A DNA stretch of 64,000 nt from a virus (lineage: Duplodnaviria > Heunggongvirae > Uroviricota > Caudoviricetes), in IMG/VR virus record IMGVR_UViG_3300044712_002337, positions 82,564 through 146,563 of that record. One strand, given 5' to 3'. The position numbers were made by a program, and so were the translations under genes. This document shows, one piece after another, positions 62,725 through 64,000 of the stretch. Below the pieces are notes generated by a model that searched no databases, had not been told where the DNA came from, and worked only from the letters and a program-made list of their open reading frames with translations. Within the stretch, counting starts at the first letter, position 1, and each line of letters starts with the position of its first letter.

Positions 62725-63797
62725 TGGAGATAACCCTCCAGAAATCGTTCCGCGACGTCCCATTTTCGCCTCAGACGATGTGGGACCGTTGCTTTGTGAT
62801 TATGCAGGGGGAAAAGAAAACCACGAGCTTTGTTATGAGTAGCAGACATTTTGAATGTAAGGCCATCTTTACAATCACTACGTCTACAAATTGAGTATTT
62901 TTGACCGCTCACGAGAGACATCCATTCAAGCATCGGACGCGTGCCAGTTATCGAGACCACTGGGTACTCATATCCGGTCTTCTTGTTCCGGGCGAACGAT
63001 ATGGTGCCGTCACCGTCAATAAAACCGGTGATAAAAGAAAGCGAGCAGTCACGGTCAAGGTGTTTCGGTGGCCGGAGCGTGAGACTTTTGGCTGGCGTTA
63101 TAAAGTAGTTATTTTTTAGGTCATCAACCATTTGCTGCGATGCGAATGAGATGGAGTTCTCAATCGTGAACCCGCGGTCGCGATTCAAGATTTTGCACGT
63201 GTGACCGATTTCAGCACGGAGCTTTTCCAGCGGCTCAATTTCACGCTGATAGAAAGTGACGTTATTCTTATAAATACTGCCATCGGCAGCTAGAAAACCG
63301 GCCCAGTAGCTGTTAACCGAATTCGGAATTGAAAAGTAGGCCTCGTTGAACGGAGTGAGTCTACGGTTCGTGACGTGACGATTAGCCTTCAAACCTCGCA
63401 TAGCGGCTTGGTAGGCGATGGCGTAAGGCGTCCTAGCTGGTAGTAGTTTGACGAGTTCTTGCTTCTTGACTTTACCGTAATAAGCATCGAGTGTATTCAA
63501 CTCTTCTACTGTCCAAACCCCCAATCGTGAGCACCCACAGGATAGCCACTTACAGTTGTCAGCGCGAATACCACTTAAGCACGGATTACATACGTTTCCG
63601 CAGTCACAAACACACTTCCATCGGAAGTTCGTTGTACCGGGGATACTCTCACGTCCACCCGGAAGACAAGTAAGTTTTCCGTACCGCTTATTCGAGTGGT
63701 CGACTGGTTTACGGGCCATGGTGATGAGCTTGCCGAGCGAACCGGCGAATTGCCGAATCGTCTCTCGAACGCTACTACCCCAGCCAGAGTAGTTCAT
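62721..63797 (-). CDS. LAGLIDADG homing endonuclease (two-motif) with N-terminal Cys-rich zinc-binding region
   Basis: YWAGFLAADGSIY and FITGFIDGDGTISF; CVCDCGNVCNPC; GC content drops sharply across this gene. Confidence 0.7.
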   Translation of the reverse strand: MNYSGWGSSVRETIRQFAGSLGKLITMARKPVDHSNKRYGKLTCLPGGRESIPGTTNFRWKCVCDCGNVCNPCLSGIRADNCKWLSCGCSRLGVWTVEELNTLDAYYGKVKKQELVKLLPARTPYAIAYQAAMRGLKANRHVTNRRLTPFNEAYFSIPNSVNSYWAGFLAADGSIYKNNVTFYQREIEPLEKLRAEIGHTCKILNRDRGFTIENSISFASQQMVDDLKNNYFITPAKSLTLRPPKHLDRDCSLSFITGFIDGDGTISFARNKKTGYEYPVVSITGTRPMLEWMSLVSGQKYSICRRSDCKDGLTFKMSATHNKARGFLFPLHNHKATVPHRLRRKWDVAERFLEGYLQ

Positions 63798-63821
63798 AGG
63801 GCTTATAAAGTAGAAATTATT

Positions 63822-64000
63822 CAGCACGGCTTGGGGGGCTCCACCCGGATTTGGACGTGGGTGCCGGCCGGGCCACCCGTCACCTGGTCGTACTCCCACG
63901 TCAGCCGCGGGTCGCCGTCGTCCAGGTCCAGCTTCTCGGCGAGCCGGTCGCGGACGGCCTTGAACCCGCCCGCTAAATTGTCACTATCAAGCGAACGTCC
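63822..64000 (-). CDS. hypothetical protein (5' partial, continues beyond window)
   Basis: open frame to window edge, TGA at 63822. Confidence 0.3.

Noticed and set aside
1-64000. CRISPR array
   Set aside because: GC hairpins are not regularly spaced direct repeats with unique spacers; none found.

Overview
This high-GC (~65-70%) 64-kb window reads as a temperate phage or prophage-like element from a Planctomycete host. The host guess is Gemmata-like and is an inference from four TIGR02996-type 'LAAIRA..DDLPRLVYADWLDE' paralogs. It contains a tyrosine integrase and excisionase-like HTH next to a truncated tRNA-Met(CAT) 5' fragment flanked by GGTTTTGGGGTCAG arm-type repeats. A long co-directional replication and nucleotide-metabolism module sits on the minus strand. 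It includes a pol III alpha (DnaE) split at gene level into N- and C-terminal ORFs separated by five genes, with the C-part carrying an HNH intein. The same module holds DnaB, a DnaG-like primase, a RecA-like ATPase, two DnaQ-like exonucleases, an RNR with the NPC(V)EI motif, ThyX, a P-loop dNMP-kinase-like protein, two MazG proteins, HAD nucleotidases and a Cas4-like PD-(D/E)XK nuclease. Other features are a sugar/amino-sugar modification cluster (ATP-grasp, SAM-MTase-like, HAD, GT, DegT aminotransferase), a Dam-type MTase, two ECF-like sigma factors, a LAGLIDADG homing endonuclease in a low-GC islet, and three mutually divergent TnpB (IS200/IS605 OMEGA) elements. The most unusual signal is a conserved intergenic punctuation cassette present at 40-50% of gene junctions. 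It has an A/T core (C)ATGTTAAAAGG(G)GAAA (reverse complement TTTCCCTTTTAACAT) flanked by 1-3 GC-rich stem-loops. It often lies immediately after a TGA stop or immediately before a start, is sometimes a complete palindromic unit, and is frequently followed by a second conserved leader GTGAGCGGAGCGAAC abutting the start codon. A related TTATAAAA box abuts some start codons, suggesting leaderless genes. All three TnpB elements have their 5' ends abutting copies of the TTTTAAAA core. Start codons and most functional calls are inferred from motifs read by eye; no database searches were run.
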